NCBI GenBank assembly: GCA_950097015.1
Contig: CATNEN010000001.1
Location: forward strand, 23,746,001-23,810,000
DNA from: Macrostomum hystrix
Lineage: Eukaryota; Animalia; Platyhelminthes
Reading direction: 5' to 3'
DNA: 64,000 bases
The notes below the pieces were generated by a model. The model saw only the letters and a program-made list of their open reading frames with translations, did no database searches and had not been told where the DNA came from. Every line of letters starts with the position of its first letter. The first letter of the stretch is position 1. Of the stretch, positions 24,419 through 37,362 are shown in pieces. The position numbers were made by a program, and so were the translations under genes.

Positions 24419-27400
24419 TCAGCCGTCGGTGTGGAAGGCCTCCCGCACAGCCGGGTAGTGCTGCAAGAAGGCGGAGAACAGCTGGACAGACTGGGCAGGA
24501 GACACGGCAGCCGCAGTCTCCCGGATGCTGTGCATGCCCAGTATGGGCGAGCCCACATCAACAGTTGCTAGGCCGAGTTTGGCAGACAGGATTGGCCCAA
24601 TGGTGGAGCCGCACATCAGGTCCTGCCGGATGACGAAATCCTGCAGGCGGGCGGCCGGATCCGTCAAGCGGAGGCACTCGCGCAGCAGCGAAGATGTCAC
24701 GACATTGGTGGCGTAGCGCTGGTTCACGTGCTCCTGGACTCATTTTGGGGTTGGGATTGGTGTCTGGGGATCTTGGTAGATTTTCTAATGTTAAAAATTC
24801 TCTGATATCTGGCATAAGGGATCAGGGATAGCTTAAAAAACCTGGGATTTGGGATCAAGGATAGCTAAAATTAATCTGGGATTTGGGATCAAGGATAGCC
24901 GATAAGAAATAAGAATATGGGATTAGGGAACAGAGATAAATAATGAGAATCTAGGATTTGAGACTTGGGATAGCTTATAAGAGTCTGGGATTAAGGATCA
25001 GGGATAGCTGATAAGAATCTGAGATTAGGGATCAGGGATAGCTTATAAGAATCTGGGATTAAGGATGAGGGACAGCTGATAACAATCTGGGATTAAGGAT
25101 GAGGGACAGCTGATAACAATCTGGGATTAAGGATGAGGGATAGTTGATAAGAATCTGAGATTAGGGATGAGGGATAGCTGATAACAATCTGGGATTAAGG
25201 ATGAGGGATAGTTGATAAGAATCTGAGATTAGGGATGAGGGATAGCTGATAACAATCTGGGATTAAGGATGAGGGATAGTTGATAAGAATCTGAGATTAG
25301 GGATCAGGGATAGTTGATAAGAATCTGGGATTAAGGATGAGGGATAGCTGATAAGAATCTGAGATTAGGGATCAGGGATAGTTGATAAGAATCTGGGATT
25401 AAGGATGAGGGATAGTTGATAACAATCTGAGATTAAGGATGAGGGATAGTTGATAAGAATCTGAGATTAGGGATCAGGGAATCAGGGATAGTTGATAAGA
25501 ATCTGAGATTAAGGATGAGGGATAGTTGATAAGAATCTGAGATTAGGGATCAGGGATAGTTGATAAGAATCTGAGATTAGGGATCAGGGATAGTTGATAA
25601 GAATCTGAGATTAGGGATCAGGGATAGTTGATAAGAATCTGAGATTAGGGATCAGGGATAGTTGATAAGAATCTGAGATTAAGGATGAGGGATAGTTGAT
25701 AAGAATCTGAGATTAGGGATCAGGGATAGTTGATAAGAATCTGAGATTAAGGATGAGGGATAGTTGATAAGAATCTGAGATTAAGGATGAGGGATAGTTG
25801 ATAAGAATCTGAGATTAAGGATGAGGGATAGTTGATAAGAATCTGAGATTAGGGATCAGGGAATCAGGGATAGTTGATAAGAATCTGAGATTAAGGATGA
25901 GGGATAGTTGATAAGAATCTGAGATTAGGGATCAGGGAATCAGGGATAGTTGATAAGAATCTGAGATTAAGGATGAGGGATAGTTGATAAGAATCTGAGA
26001 TTAAGGATGAGGGATAGTTGATAAGAATCTGAGATTAGGGATCAGGGATAGCTAATAAGAATTAGGGATCAGAGATAGCTGAGATGAATCTGGGATTTGG
26101 GATCAGGGATAGCTGATAAGAATCTGGGATCTAGGATGAATACATATAACATACAAAAAAAACACAACGAACATATCTAAATTTAGCCCCAAATAACAAA
26201 CAAAACATTTTCTTTGTTTTTGTATTATCATACACTCTTATTTTTCTCTCAACTCATTATTTGTATCTGGGATCTGGGATCTGGGATCGTGTCATTAGAT
26301 AGATAGCATGAAACAGCAGTGTCAGTGCTGAATCTCAGTCAATTATCAGCCAAGCTGGATCTCTCACCTTGATGACGACACCGCCAAAAAGTGTGGGCCG
26401 GTGGCGCCTCTCGTGCTTATCCTCATAGTTGGGATGCACAGCGTGGGCCACGTCAGCAGACACCAACATGGATTTCGGAATGGCCGTCTCAAACTCGGCG
26501 CCTGAGCACAGACGCCTGAGAAAGTGTTCAGTTAGGGCGCTGCCAGCGCCTTGAGCAGACTCGCTGCCAATCTCCTCGTGATCGTACAGGCACACAACCC
26601 GACAGTTGGAGTCATTCTCCAGGCCCGGCGCTTCAATCAGGGCGGTCAGGGCCGCGTAGCAGCTCAGCAGGTTGTCCAGGCGTGGCGAGGACACAAAGTC
26701 TCCGCCAAGGCCGGTGACACCGGCGGGCTGCGTGTCGGCCAGATACAATTCCCAGTCGACTATGTCGCCAGGCTGACAGCCAACACGATCGGCCACGCGA
26801 GCTAGCAGGCCTGCCGGATGCCGCTGCGGCTGCGGCTGCGGATCGGCGGCATCGGCAGCCAGCTTGCGGCACAGGATGGGGGCCAGGTTGCTCTCACGGT
26901 TGGGCTTGAAGCCGTCTTCGTTAACACTGCGATCCAGGTGGATGGCCAGGCTGGATACCTAGAATACGCGCCGGCTGGTGCTGTTTTAGGACGCACTGGG
27001 CCTAGCCATAAAGTACATGAAATCCCACTGACCTTAAACAGCGGCGCCTCTAGGTTAACCACCCGGACCGACTGACGCGAGTTCGACTCCCGGACAACCA
27101 CCCTGCCGGCGGCGGTAAGGTCGCGATCGAACCAGGAGTACCAGAGGCCGCCGCCGTAGGTCTCGACGCCGCACTGCTGCAGTTCACCTGCACCATCGCG
27201 TTGACTGACCGGCTTCAGCTGGAAATTGACATCGAAGCAGCGAAGGATAAGCAGAGTCTCCTGAATAGCCTGAATCCCAACTCCTGAATAGCCTGAATCC
27301 CAACTCCTGAATAGCCTGAATCTCAACTCCTGATTAGCCTGAATCCCAACTCCTGAATAGCCTGAATCCCAACTCCTGAATAGCCTGAATCCCAACTCCT

Positions 27401-27848
27401 GAATAGCCTGAATCCCAACTCCTGAATAGCCTGAATCTCCACTCCTGATTAGCCTGAATCACCACTCCTGATTAGCCTGAATCCCAACTCCTGAATAGCC
27501 TGAATCACCACTCCTGAGTAGCCTGAATTCCAATCTGAATCTCACCCGAAGGCAGGGTGAGTCGGTGTGGGCTCCGACGATGCTAAATCCATTGCCCGGT
27601 TGCCAACGTCCGCCCGTGGCGAATGCAAAGATGGTGCTGCCATTCCTGGTGACATAGTGCCGCTGGTTGGGCTTCAAGCTCCAGGACTGCTCCTCGCGCA
27701 GCTGCGAGAAGCCGGCAGCGTCGAGCATGCGACGCGACTCGGCTACGACATGAAATGGCGACGGCGAACGGTTGACGAATTCGCACAACTGCTTGGACAG
27801 ATCGGCGGTCCTCCAGGTCGCGCTGATTGTCGTGGCGGGGTTAGACAT
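24419..27848 (-). CDS. DNPEP: Aspartyl aminopeptidase (peptidase M18), 4 exons: 27546-27848, 27033-27218, 26368-26958, 24419-24733; about 464 aa
   Basis: GT-AG phase-0 junctions give a continuous ORF with SPSPFH, GAHTDSP, YGGGLWYSWFDRDL, LAIHL, RLDNLLS, DHEEIGS, SADVAHAVHPNY, QRYATN, CGSTIGP and MHSIRE. Confidence 0.95.
24815..26130. repeat. ~33-bp minisatellite filling DNPEP intron 3
   Basis: (GGGATAGTTGATAAGAATCTGAGATTARGGATSA)-like units. Confidence 0.95.
26138..26240. repeat. Dispersed ~100-bp repeat, second copy at 33831-33927
   Basis: Shared GAATACATAT...ACACAACGAA.ATATCTAAATTTA.CCCAAA...TCATACACT. Confidence 0.7.
27258..27530. repeat. 23-bp minisatellite (CTCCTGAATAGCCTGAATCCCAA) in DNPEP intron 1
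   Basis: Tandem repeat. Confidence 0.95.
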
Positions 27849-29614
27849 CTGGAATGCATCGGCAATAGTAATGAAGCTAAACGAAAGAAGTTCAAGATTT
27901 TCAAGAAAATTATATATATCGCTTCTATACTCCTACTATGAGTAGAGTAGTAAAAAAAGTTTAAAACTTCTAAATTTAGACAAGCACTGACTGAACATGT
28001 AGTCAGACTTGCACCGGGCAGCTTTTTTCTGCCAGACATTTTTAACTGGCCCTGACAAGCAGCTTCACTGGCAATGCCGAGAGACAAAAGCTCCGAAGAT
28101 CGGGCCAATAACTCTAACGACAAAGACTGATGCTGCAGCTCTTTGTTGTCAAAAGAGTCGCTTGAACCATTGTCTACAATAAGGTGACGATGTCGTCGAT
28201 GATTAGATACTGACGAAGCTGCCTTCCAGGAGGCGGATGTTGCTCGGTAAGGCACCAGGGTGGGTAGGTCACTGGTGCGCCACTGGGCAACACCAAAGCC
28301 TGAGTCTGTCTGAGACTGAGTTTGAGATTCCGGCAGAACTTTATCTTCGTCCATCTCTACCACAGCGGCTGGCGGCGATGCAGACGACGGTGAAGAGCGA
28401 TGATGAGCCGTGACGCCAATCTGCAGATGAGAAGAATGATAGTGATCAAGTTGAGCAGTTGTCTAAGTTTAGATTGGGTTTCGTGAGATAGGGTCAGAGA
28501 GCTGCGTTCCATTGGATCAGAGAGCTGCGTTCCATGGGATTAGAGAGCTGCGTTCCATGGGATTAGAGAGCTGCGATCCATGGGATTAGAGAGCTAGGTT
28601 CCATGGGATCAGAGAGCTGGGTTCCATGGGATCAGAGAGCTGGGTTCCATGGGATCAGAGAGCTGGGTTCCATGGGATCAGAGAGCTGCGTTCCATTGGA
28701 TCAGAGAGCTGCGTTCCATGGGATCAGAGAGCTGGGTTCCATGGGATCAGAGAGCTGGGTTCCATGGGATCAGAGAGCTGGGTTCCATGGGATCAGAGAG
28801 CTGGGTTCCATGGGATCAGAGAGCTGGGTTCCATTGGATCAGAGAGCTGGGTTCCATGGGATCAGAGAGCTGGGTTCCATGGGATCAGAGAGCTGGGTTC
28901 CATTGGATCAGAGAGCTGGGTTCCATGGGATCAGAGAGCTGGGTTCCATGGGATCAGAGAGCTGGGTTCCATGGGATCAGAGAGCTGGGTTCCATGGGAT
29001 CAGAGAGCTGCGTTCCATGGTATCAGAGAGCTGGGTTCCATGGGATCAGAGAGCTGGGTTCCATGGGATCAGAGAGCTGGGTTCCATGGGATCAGAGAGC
29101 TGGGTTCCATGGGATCAGAGAGCTGCGTTCCATGGGATCAGAGAGCTGGGTTCCATGGGATCAGAGAGCTGGGTTCCATGGGATCAGAGAGCTGCGTTCC
29201 ATGGGATCAGAGAGCTGGGTTCCATGGGATCAGAGAGCTGGGTTCCATGGGATCAAATAGTCAGCAACTTACTGCAGCATTGGCGGTTCCCCGCCTGGCG
29301 GGCAGTCGCACATTGTGCCTGCGTATAAAATCGGACAGCGATGATTTCGCAACTCCGTGAGACTCAGCAGCCAGCCGCACAGAGATGCCGTATGTGACGA
29401 CGTCGTCTAAGGCGCGCTTTAACAGCTGGCGTCGGTGCTCCGGGCTGGCATACTCCCGGCTGCTCCGGGGCTGATGTGACCGTCCGGAGGACAACATCAA
29501 GGAGGAGGAGGACGACGACGACAATGACGCCGATGCACCAGCGATGGCTGCTTCGGCAGGAATCGCCAGCTTTGTCTTCTTCGTCGGTGGGACTGACTCG
29601 TAGTCGTCTTCCAT
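27743..29614 (-). CDS. Pipsqueak-type HTH protein, exons 29273-29614 and 28420-(27743?); 3' end uncertain
   Basis: LKRALDDVVTYGISVRLAAESHGVAKSSLSDFIRR fits an HTH_psq fold, and there is an NLS-like PPTKKTKL. A GTAAGT donor at 29272 and a CAG acceptor at 28421 join in frame. Confidence 0.7.
28492..29255. repeat. 23-bp minisatellite (GATCAGAGAGCTGGGTTCCATGG) filling the HTH-gene intron
   Basis: Tandem repeat. Confidence 0.97.
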
Positions 29615-31227
29615 TTTGCGTTCGGAATTAGGATTCTACCTATCTGCCTTCTTTTACAGACCCTTGGTAATCTTGGGATCTTGAGCTAAGGTGGACGAGA
29701 AATCGCTTAAATGTCTACTTAAACACTGCCATTCTGGTATGTTTTTAGAACGCTATTCGGCTTCAAGAACCGGATGTTCCGAAAACTATTAACCGGAGCT
29801 CAAGCTGCAGCCTGCAGGCCTTTGTAATATTGGTTCAAGCAAGGTTTTGTTCAGTTCCTATTTCTAATTTTTCCGCAGATCCCGATTCCGGACAGGACAA
29901 TGCTTCGCTTCGGACGGGACGCGGGACAAGGAAGGTGATTAAAACAAGCTGTTAAATGAAGGCAAGAGGCTAAAATTAAAGCTGGCACTGAGGAGTTCAG
30001 CAATTGGGATTTCGAAAAATGATAATGCTATTGTCAGAAGCTTAGAAACATTTTGTTTCAGTGCCTGTCCGCATCCACAACGGGGAGAGGTCTTCTTTTA
30101 TAACACCAAGTCACTAACCATTCGTTGCTACATTGGGCCAGGCCTAACATAACAAGATATAGAGCATTTCCTCTCTTCTGTTTCTGCCTCACTGGCCCGT
30201 CCAGGTCCAACGAACCAGTTCGGCCGCAAACTGGGACCGGCCACCAAAGGGTGCCTGCCTGTCTGGCCTAGCTTGGACAGCGGGTGAAAAGGGGGTGTTT
30301 TAGGGTTAAAAAAGGCGGGGAATGTACATTAGCCAGCATATATGTACATTAGAAATCAGTTTGAACGCAAAATGTTGGGGTGGTGGGCGCGCTGGCCGGG
30401 CAGGCTAGGAAAGGCTTAGATAGATAAGTCTAAACAGAGTCGAATGCAGACCAAGAAATATAGCTAATATTCCTTAGTCTGTGCACGGAACTTGGCATGG
30501 CCGAAATTTTGACACTGATCCGTTTTTTCTTATTTTAACATAAAAAATAATAATGTTGACAATGACAATATTATTAACAACATTAATAAAAAGCAAGTAT
30601 GAAAAAAGTATTTTATTTCTTTTGTCTTGCTTACTACCGCTAAATTGTAAAATAAAATCTTAAGTTTAAATATCATATCAAATTAGGCAAAACTTAATAG
30701 CATAATAAATCAAAAGTGTATTTTTTTTTAAAACATAACAAAAAACCAACATTTTATTATATATTAAAATTGTAAAAAATAACTGCCGGAAATACCAACG
30801 GAGAAATAAAACAGTAGAGGATATAGCAGAACTGTCAATAGGGAAATGTCGGACATTAAAACACTAAATTTCTCTAGTCTTCAAAAATGATCTCTATGTA
30901 TCATCATATCTAAATATGGTGAAGTAAGTATGGAAATGGGAAAATATGGAATGTTATCTAATAAAAAACTCAACAAGGATTGGAACAGATTGTTGAGAGG
31001 GAAAATGTCACGGAGCTCGGTCACTTAGAGTCAGCTAAAATGTAATATTATTGCCTTTACAGACTACTGAAAGTAGGATAAACGAATATGGTCAAGCAGG
31101 AATTATTCGAATCTTGCGTTGCTAAATAAAATTGAAAATAGAAATCCAGTCAGACACAGAATTCCTAAACCAAAAATGCAGAGAAAAAAATTAGCAAAAA
31201 AATCTTCTGCGGACAGCGCAGCTCGCA

Positions 31228-31803
31228 TTACTGAGGCTTGTTGTATCTTCGCGAGGAATGCCCGCTGCCACCTCGTCTACCTCTGGCCTTGGGACTGGCA
31301 CTGTCATCTCCTGCTGCCGCTGCGGCAAACACTGAGCTAGCAGCCATCAGGTTCTCAATATACTGACCTAGAATGCGATTCTCACTGCTCAACTTTAGAT
31401 TCTCCTCTTTCACAGTCTCCACTCGGTGACTCAGATCGTCCAGTGTGGACTGCAACTCAGCAATTTGGGCCACCAACCTCAGCTTCTCTTCCTCTTCGCT
31501 GTTGGCGCCGCCGATAAACCCACCATCGTCTAGACCGGAGTTCGATGCCGCACTGGCTGACGAAACTGGCAAAGCAGCCGAACCCGAAGCGCCAGCATAC
31601 TGGCTTTGACCACTAGCAAAGTCGCCAAGATCAGTATGCGATGACAGTCGCAGAGCCTCTGACCAGTGCTGCATCCAGTCTGGGTTAGAGTTCGATGATG
31701 TTGGCAGACAGGGTGGCTGGCCTTGCTGCTGCTGCTGAGGATCTTGCCCCGAGTCTGAGTCACTCTCCAGAGCTATCACTGTCATGTTATTTTCGGACAT
31801 CAT
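31228..31803 (-). CDS. SCOC: Short coiled-coil protein (SCOC/UNC-69, DUF2205)
   Basis: C-terminal [55 protein letters not shown] is the SCOC signature. Confidence 0.9.
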   Translation of the reverse strand: MMSENNMTVIALESDSDSGQDPQQQQQGQPPCLPTSSNSNPDWMQHWSEALRLSSHTDLGDFASGQSQYAGASGSAALPVSSASAASNSGLDDGGFIGGANSEEEEKLRLVAQIAELQSTLDDLSHRVETVKEENLKLSSENRILGQYIENLMAASSVFAAAAAGDDSASPKARGRRGGSGHSSRRYNKPQ

Positions 31804-32644
31804 TATTGTTTGTAAATGTCCCTGAATCCCAGCTGAAATTTTTAATCATGTCATTTACTCATCATGATTATGACAGGAATAGTGCCTTTGGAGATAAGGT
31901 AGAGGATGCATAAGAAAACACTGGTCAAAAATGAGACACACTAAGTCTCTGTCAGCTAAAAATATTTGTTTAAATTCTATCTTTACAACTAATAATGTGG
32001 CTATACATTTGCCCCCCTGAAAACTTTTGGTGCTGCACCCAAACAGAACAATACAAGTGTATGAAACTCAAGAACACGGGCCAAATTTTTGTTGCGCATC
32101 TTCTGAAACAATAAGCAAGTCACCAGCTCTACAGACTATTGAAATATTCAATGTCAGATTTCAATGTCCGATGTCAGGCCAAAGGTGAGATTTTTACCAT
32201 AAGAGCTATTGTACTTTATAGATCCATATATAGAAATTAGCACTGTGCCTTAGTATGGCCTTGCCAGGCCATCAAAATTTATCAATGTCACCCAAATGTG
32301 CCTGAATTATCTCTATATTTGTTGGTCACCTACCTTAATCTACATATCTTTAGATGGACTGCTACACCTTCAGGGACTATAACAGGTAGAAATATGCCAC
32401 CATGGACACCCAAAAAGGAGTTTTTCCAATTTCACAGATTAAGCCAAAATATTAGGCAATGTGCAGCTCAACCACAGTACACCATTGTCTAGGCTGTCAA
32501 CCAAAACCAGTGAGTCACCACCTAAGGATGTTAGCATTCAGTGTTGCTAAGAATCCCCCCTTTGTATAAAAATGGGTAGGCAAATTGGCTTGTTAATCCT
32601 ACCATCAATCAGTAGGTTTAGCTAAGGCCTAATGATTATTTTAA

Positions 32645-33358
32645 TTTTTGTGTATATACAATAATAAATAAAAATAATTATTAATTAATTATAATTGAAT
32701 ATATCTACCCCAATTAGGTCAGATATGTAGACATTTTTGTGTATATACAATAATTAATAAAAATAATTATTAATTAATTATAATTGAATATATCTACCCC
32801 AATTAGGTCAGATATGTAGCCGACAGCACAGCTGCAGCTATTGCGCGGTGCATCTGAAGGCTGCATACAGCTGTTCAGTCCATGGACTAGGGGTTTCTTT
32901 CACAAACCCTAATTTTCACAACGTCTAAACCAGATCCTTTCATAAGGCCTAAATTTCACAAACCCTAAATTTCACAACGTCAAAAATAAGCAATGCCACA
33001 GAGTTCACAACACCTAAGTTTGGTCTTTGTGAGGTCAAGACTCAAGATGGCTCTCAGCAGGGCAAGAGTGGTCTTTGGGAGGATCATTGCTCCTGCTCAT
33101 TGAAAGGGGAGAAATTAAGTCCTTGGGTGGTTAACCGGTTAACCGGACAAATAATCAAATAACAACTACTGGGACACCATACCCACCTTTAATTATCGCA
33201 GCTAATGCTGGTACCCATTTAACAGCTGGGTGAACAGAAGTAGCCTAATGCAGAGTTAAGTGTCTTGCTAAAGGACACAAATTTTTCCAGTGGAGTTAGG
33301 AATTGAACCCTGACCTTTAAGTTGTGAGTCCAACGCCCTAACCACTAGGCTACAACCT
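32645..33358 (-). mobile_element. CORE-type SINE family A copy with a ~277-bp internal insertion (about 32894-33170) and a duplicated 3' tail
   Basis: Reverse complement matches 43225-43543 on both sides of the insertion. An ~88-bp tail segment occurs twice in 32645-32819. Confidence 0.8.
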
Positions 33359-34257
33359 CTTTCTCCTTTAACAATTGTCAGATTTTTGTGTTTGACTATT
33401 TTATTTTTATTTTGATTGTTAGTGTATTACAAGCAAGATTTTTATTTTTTGTATATAAGATATACACTAACAAACTGTTCAACATGTTACAAGTATATCT
33501 TCTGCAAGGAACTTACTAATACATATTTAACTAAGAAAATACAATTAAATGGCAATGTGATACAATAAATGGCTTACACACATTGCAACAGTGAGATTTA
33601 AATATCTTATCTTAGATATTTGTGTTGTGTAGGCTTATAGAAAAAATTGTTGACAGAAAAAACATACATGCACATAGATAACATTAGAATCTCATCACCA
33701 GCATTAGTTTTTAACTAGGTGTAAGTCTAAATAATCAACTTTGTTAAAATAAACTGATTTGGTAACATGGCCATGCATGGTTGGTTACATTGTGTCGGCC
33801 ATGTTACCCATGTACATACTAGGCCTACACGAATACATATACAAAAAGAAACACAACGAAAATATCTAAATTTACCCCAAACAACAAACAAAACCTTTTT
33901 TGTATTTTGTCTTGTCATACACTATTATTGCTCTTGACGCTTTTGCACTCAAAAAAGCACGTACAAATATTTAAAATTTCAATCGCTATTCAAACTGAAT
34001 GGAAAATATTCACTAAATTATTTTTTTAGAAAATAACTCGCACTTGTCCATGGGGCTAAATGACACTTTTTATAGTCTGACCCCGAAACAGAAGTTTAAG
34101 GGTTGTGACACCACTTAGATAAAACAATGCACAAAATGCATCTAAAATCCAAAACCAAACAACCCGATACGACAACGACAAGCAACAATATATGGAATAC
34201 GACTCCTTTTTATATGGAAGTCAATCAACTTAAACAGCTTGCTGATATTTGCTAGAG

Positions 34258-35801
34258 CAGGGGTCGGCAAACTCCGGCCCGCGGGCCAGATGCGGCCCTC
34301 GAAGCTCCCAAATCCGGCCCGTTGCCCCTTCTGACATCTACAGTGTCCTGTTTCATCTCTCTCGTGTCTAACCTCTCCCGTGTCTCATCACTCTCGTATC
34401 TAATCTCTCCCGTGTCTCATCTATCCCCTGTCTTATATCTCCCGTGTCTTATCTCTCCCGTGTCTAATCTCTCCCGTGTCTCATCTCTCCCGTGTCTCAT
34501 CTCTCCCGTGTCTAATCTCTCCCATGTCTAATTTCTCCCGTGGCTCATCTCTCTCGTATCTAATCTCTCCCGTGTCTAATCTCTCCCGTGTCTAATCTCT
34601 CCCGTGTCTCATCTCTCCCCTGTCTTATATCTCCCGTGTCTAATCTCTCCCGTGTCTAATCTCTCCCGTGTCTCATCTCTCCCGTGTCTAATCTCTCCCG
34701 TGTCTAATTTCTCCCGTGTCTCATCACTCTCGTATCTAATCTCTCCCGTGTCTCATCGCTCTCGTATCTAATCTCTCCCGTGTCTCATCTCTCCCCTGTC
34801 TTATATCTCCCGTGTCTAATCTCTCCCGTGTCTAATCTCTCCCGTGTCTCATCTCTCCCGTGTCTAATCTCTCCCGTGTCTAATTTCTCCCGTGTCTCAT
34901 CTCTCTCGTATCTAATCTCTCCCGTGTCTAATCTCTCCCGTGTCTCATCTCTCTCGTATCTAATCTCTCCCGTGTCTAATCTCTCCCGTGTCTAATTTCT
35001 CCCGTGTCTAATCTCTCCCGTGTCTCATCTCTCTCGTATCTAATCTCTCCCGTGTCTCATCTCTCCCCTGTCTTATATCTCCCGTGTCTAATCTCTCCCG
35101 TGTCTCATCTCTCTCGTATCTAATCTCTCCCGTGTCTAATCTCTCCCGTGTCTAATCTCTCCCGTGTCTCATCTCTCTCGTATCTAATCTCTCCCGTGTC
35201 TAATCTCTCCCGTGTCTAATTTCTCCCGTGTCTAATCTCTCCCGTGTCTCATCTCTCTCGTATCTAATCTCTCCCGTGTCTCATCTCTCCCCTGTCTTAT
35301 ATCTCCCGTGTCTAATCTCTCCCGTGTCTAATCTCTCCCGTGTCTAATCTCTCCCGTGTCTAATTTCTCCCGTGTCTAATCTCTCCCGTGTCTAATCTCT
35401 CCCGTGTCTAATCTCTCCCGTGTCTCATCGCTCTCGTATCTAATCTCTCCCGTGTCTAATCTCTCCCGTGTCTCATCTCTCCCGTGTCTCATCTCTCCCG
35501 TGTCTAATCTCTCCCGTGTCTAATTTCTCCCGTGTCTAATCTCTCCCGTGTCTAATCTCTCCCGTGTCTAATCTCTCCCGTGTCTCATCGCTCTCGTATC
35601 TAATCTCTCCCGTGTCTAATCTCTCCCGTGTCTAATCTCTCCCGTGTCTCATCGCTCTCGTATCTAATCTCTCCCGTGTCTCATCTCTCCCGTGTCTAAT
35701 CACTTTCGTGTCTAATCTGTCTTTTATACAGTCAATGCGGCCCGCTGTCGTCTTTTAGGCTCTCTCTTTGGCCCGCCAGCAAATAAGTTTGCCTACCCCT
35801 G
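34258..35801. mobile_element. Non-autonomous hAT (Buster/Charlie-like) element containing a minisatellite
   Basis: 16-bp TIRs CAGGGGTCGGCAAACT / AGTTTGCCTACCCCTG (1 mismatch), perfect 8-bp TSD TGCTAGAG (34250-34257, 35802-35809) and GGCCCG subterminal motifs. Confidence 0.9.
34345..35720. repeat. 17-bp minisatellite (TCTCTCCCGTGTCTMAT-like) inside the hAT element
   Basis: Reverse complement of the 1135-3560 family. Confidence 0.95.
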
Positions 35802-36529
35802 TGCTAGAGCTATTAGACCAGCCGGTCGTGAGGAAGTATTGCCAAGGGAAAATATCGTCAAATTAATATAGATGCCACTAATAAAATCTCCATTTCTCTC
35901 AGTCAACGAATTCGTTCCGTTCTAGGACTACAGAATGGGAAAGATTGTTAGAGTATTTCATGATTGCAAATGTTTTTGCCATCTAAAGAAAGAAACCATT
36001 CTTTATGAGCAAAGAAACCAAAGAAGCAAGGATTTTTTATGGCGAAGACTGCACTGTCCTGACAAATCATTGGCTCGACTTAAGACGACAGGATGGAATT
36101 GAAGTCCATTATGCGAGTCGCACACACGTAGTGAGCTTGGGAAACACGTACGGGACTTACGGATAAACTTTTCTTGATCAGCTCGGTTCGAGCGACATTA
36201 TATTTGTGCTAGGTCTATATGTTATGATATTTAATATCCCACCGCTGTTATCAAAGTTGTTATATGCGTGTTTAAACAATACTGGCTTTTATAAGAAAAT
36301 CCCACCGAATGGCACCAAAGTTGTACCAGGGCGGATCTCACTGCTGCTGTCTCAATTTAATAGATATTTAGACGGGCGGTCCTTAAATGGGCCGTTTTAA
36401 CTCCTTAATATGGTAGCGTATGTATTGCACGAGCGGTAATTAGCTTAGGCAACTGTATGCGTTTCCAGTCAATTAGGCGTCTCCGAGATTAGAGTTTAGC
36501 AGTTTCCCTTTTGTAATATTCTTGGTATA

Positions 36530-36620
36530 AATCTGAGTATAATTCTTAGTATGATTCTTAGTAGAGTTCTTAGTATAATTCTTAGAATGGTTCTTAGAAT
36601 AGTTCTGAGTATATTCCTCA
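36530..36620. repeat. Short degenerate 13-bp tandem repeat (TTCTTAGTATRA-like)
   Basis: About 6-7 units. Confidence 0.7.
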
Positions 36621-37362
36621 GTGTTTTCCTCTCTTAAAATGAATAACACAATACACCTCTTTTCAAGGCACTCCTTTTATATCTTGGATATAAACACTTT
36701 CAAACAACGACTTTCAACGACTTTCAAGGACTTTCAAGTTTACTCACAAAGTTTTTCAAGCTTTAACAACAACTACTACAAGGTTATTTTTCTGTCTGAA
36801 AGTTGCGGCTATTTATACACACGGGATTTCGCATTTGTTAAAATATTTATACGGTAGTCATTAAAACAAAAGGATTTTATACAGTATTATTTTTAATACG
36901 GTAAAAAGTAAAACAAATTGTTTATTTTTTTGGCGCATTTTCAACTTTAAGATTTTTATGATTATTTTTATAAAGCAAAAACGTATTTACAAAATGAAAA
37001 CGTATCTACACGAAAACATACTGTTACATATTTCTTACTCATACTGTAATCAAGTTAAATTCTATCAGAAAACTGAGTGTTCTGTAAGTGACATTCTCTG
37101 AATCATGTGCAGACTGTTGCTCTCATTGGTAGCTGCAGAGCTATCAGTACATTTTACGAGTATAAGAATCTCAGCAACGCTTCGTTTCTGAACCAAAAAT
37201 AGGAGTAATTTCAGTGAAAGCTGTTCGACTTTCAGATGCTTCAGCTCATTGGTGGTCTTGCTTATTGCTATTGGTTTTCATGTTTGTCAGACACATTTAT
37301 GAAATTATGTAACTAAACAAGCGTGCCATGTTCTCAAATAGCTTTTTCTTCTCATCTCCCGA

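Noticed and set aside
28603-29360. Three overlapping 200-240 aa plus-strand ORFs
   Set aside because: Intronic 23-bp repeat open in all three frames.
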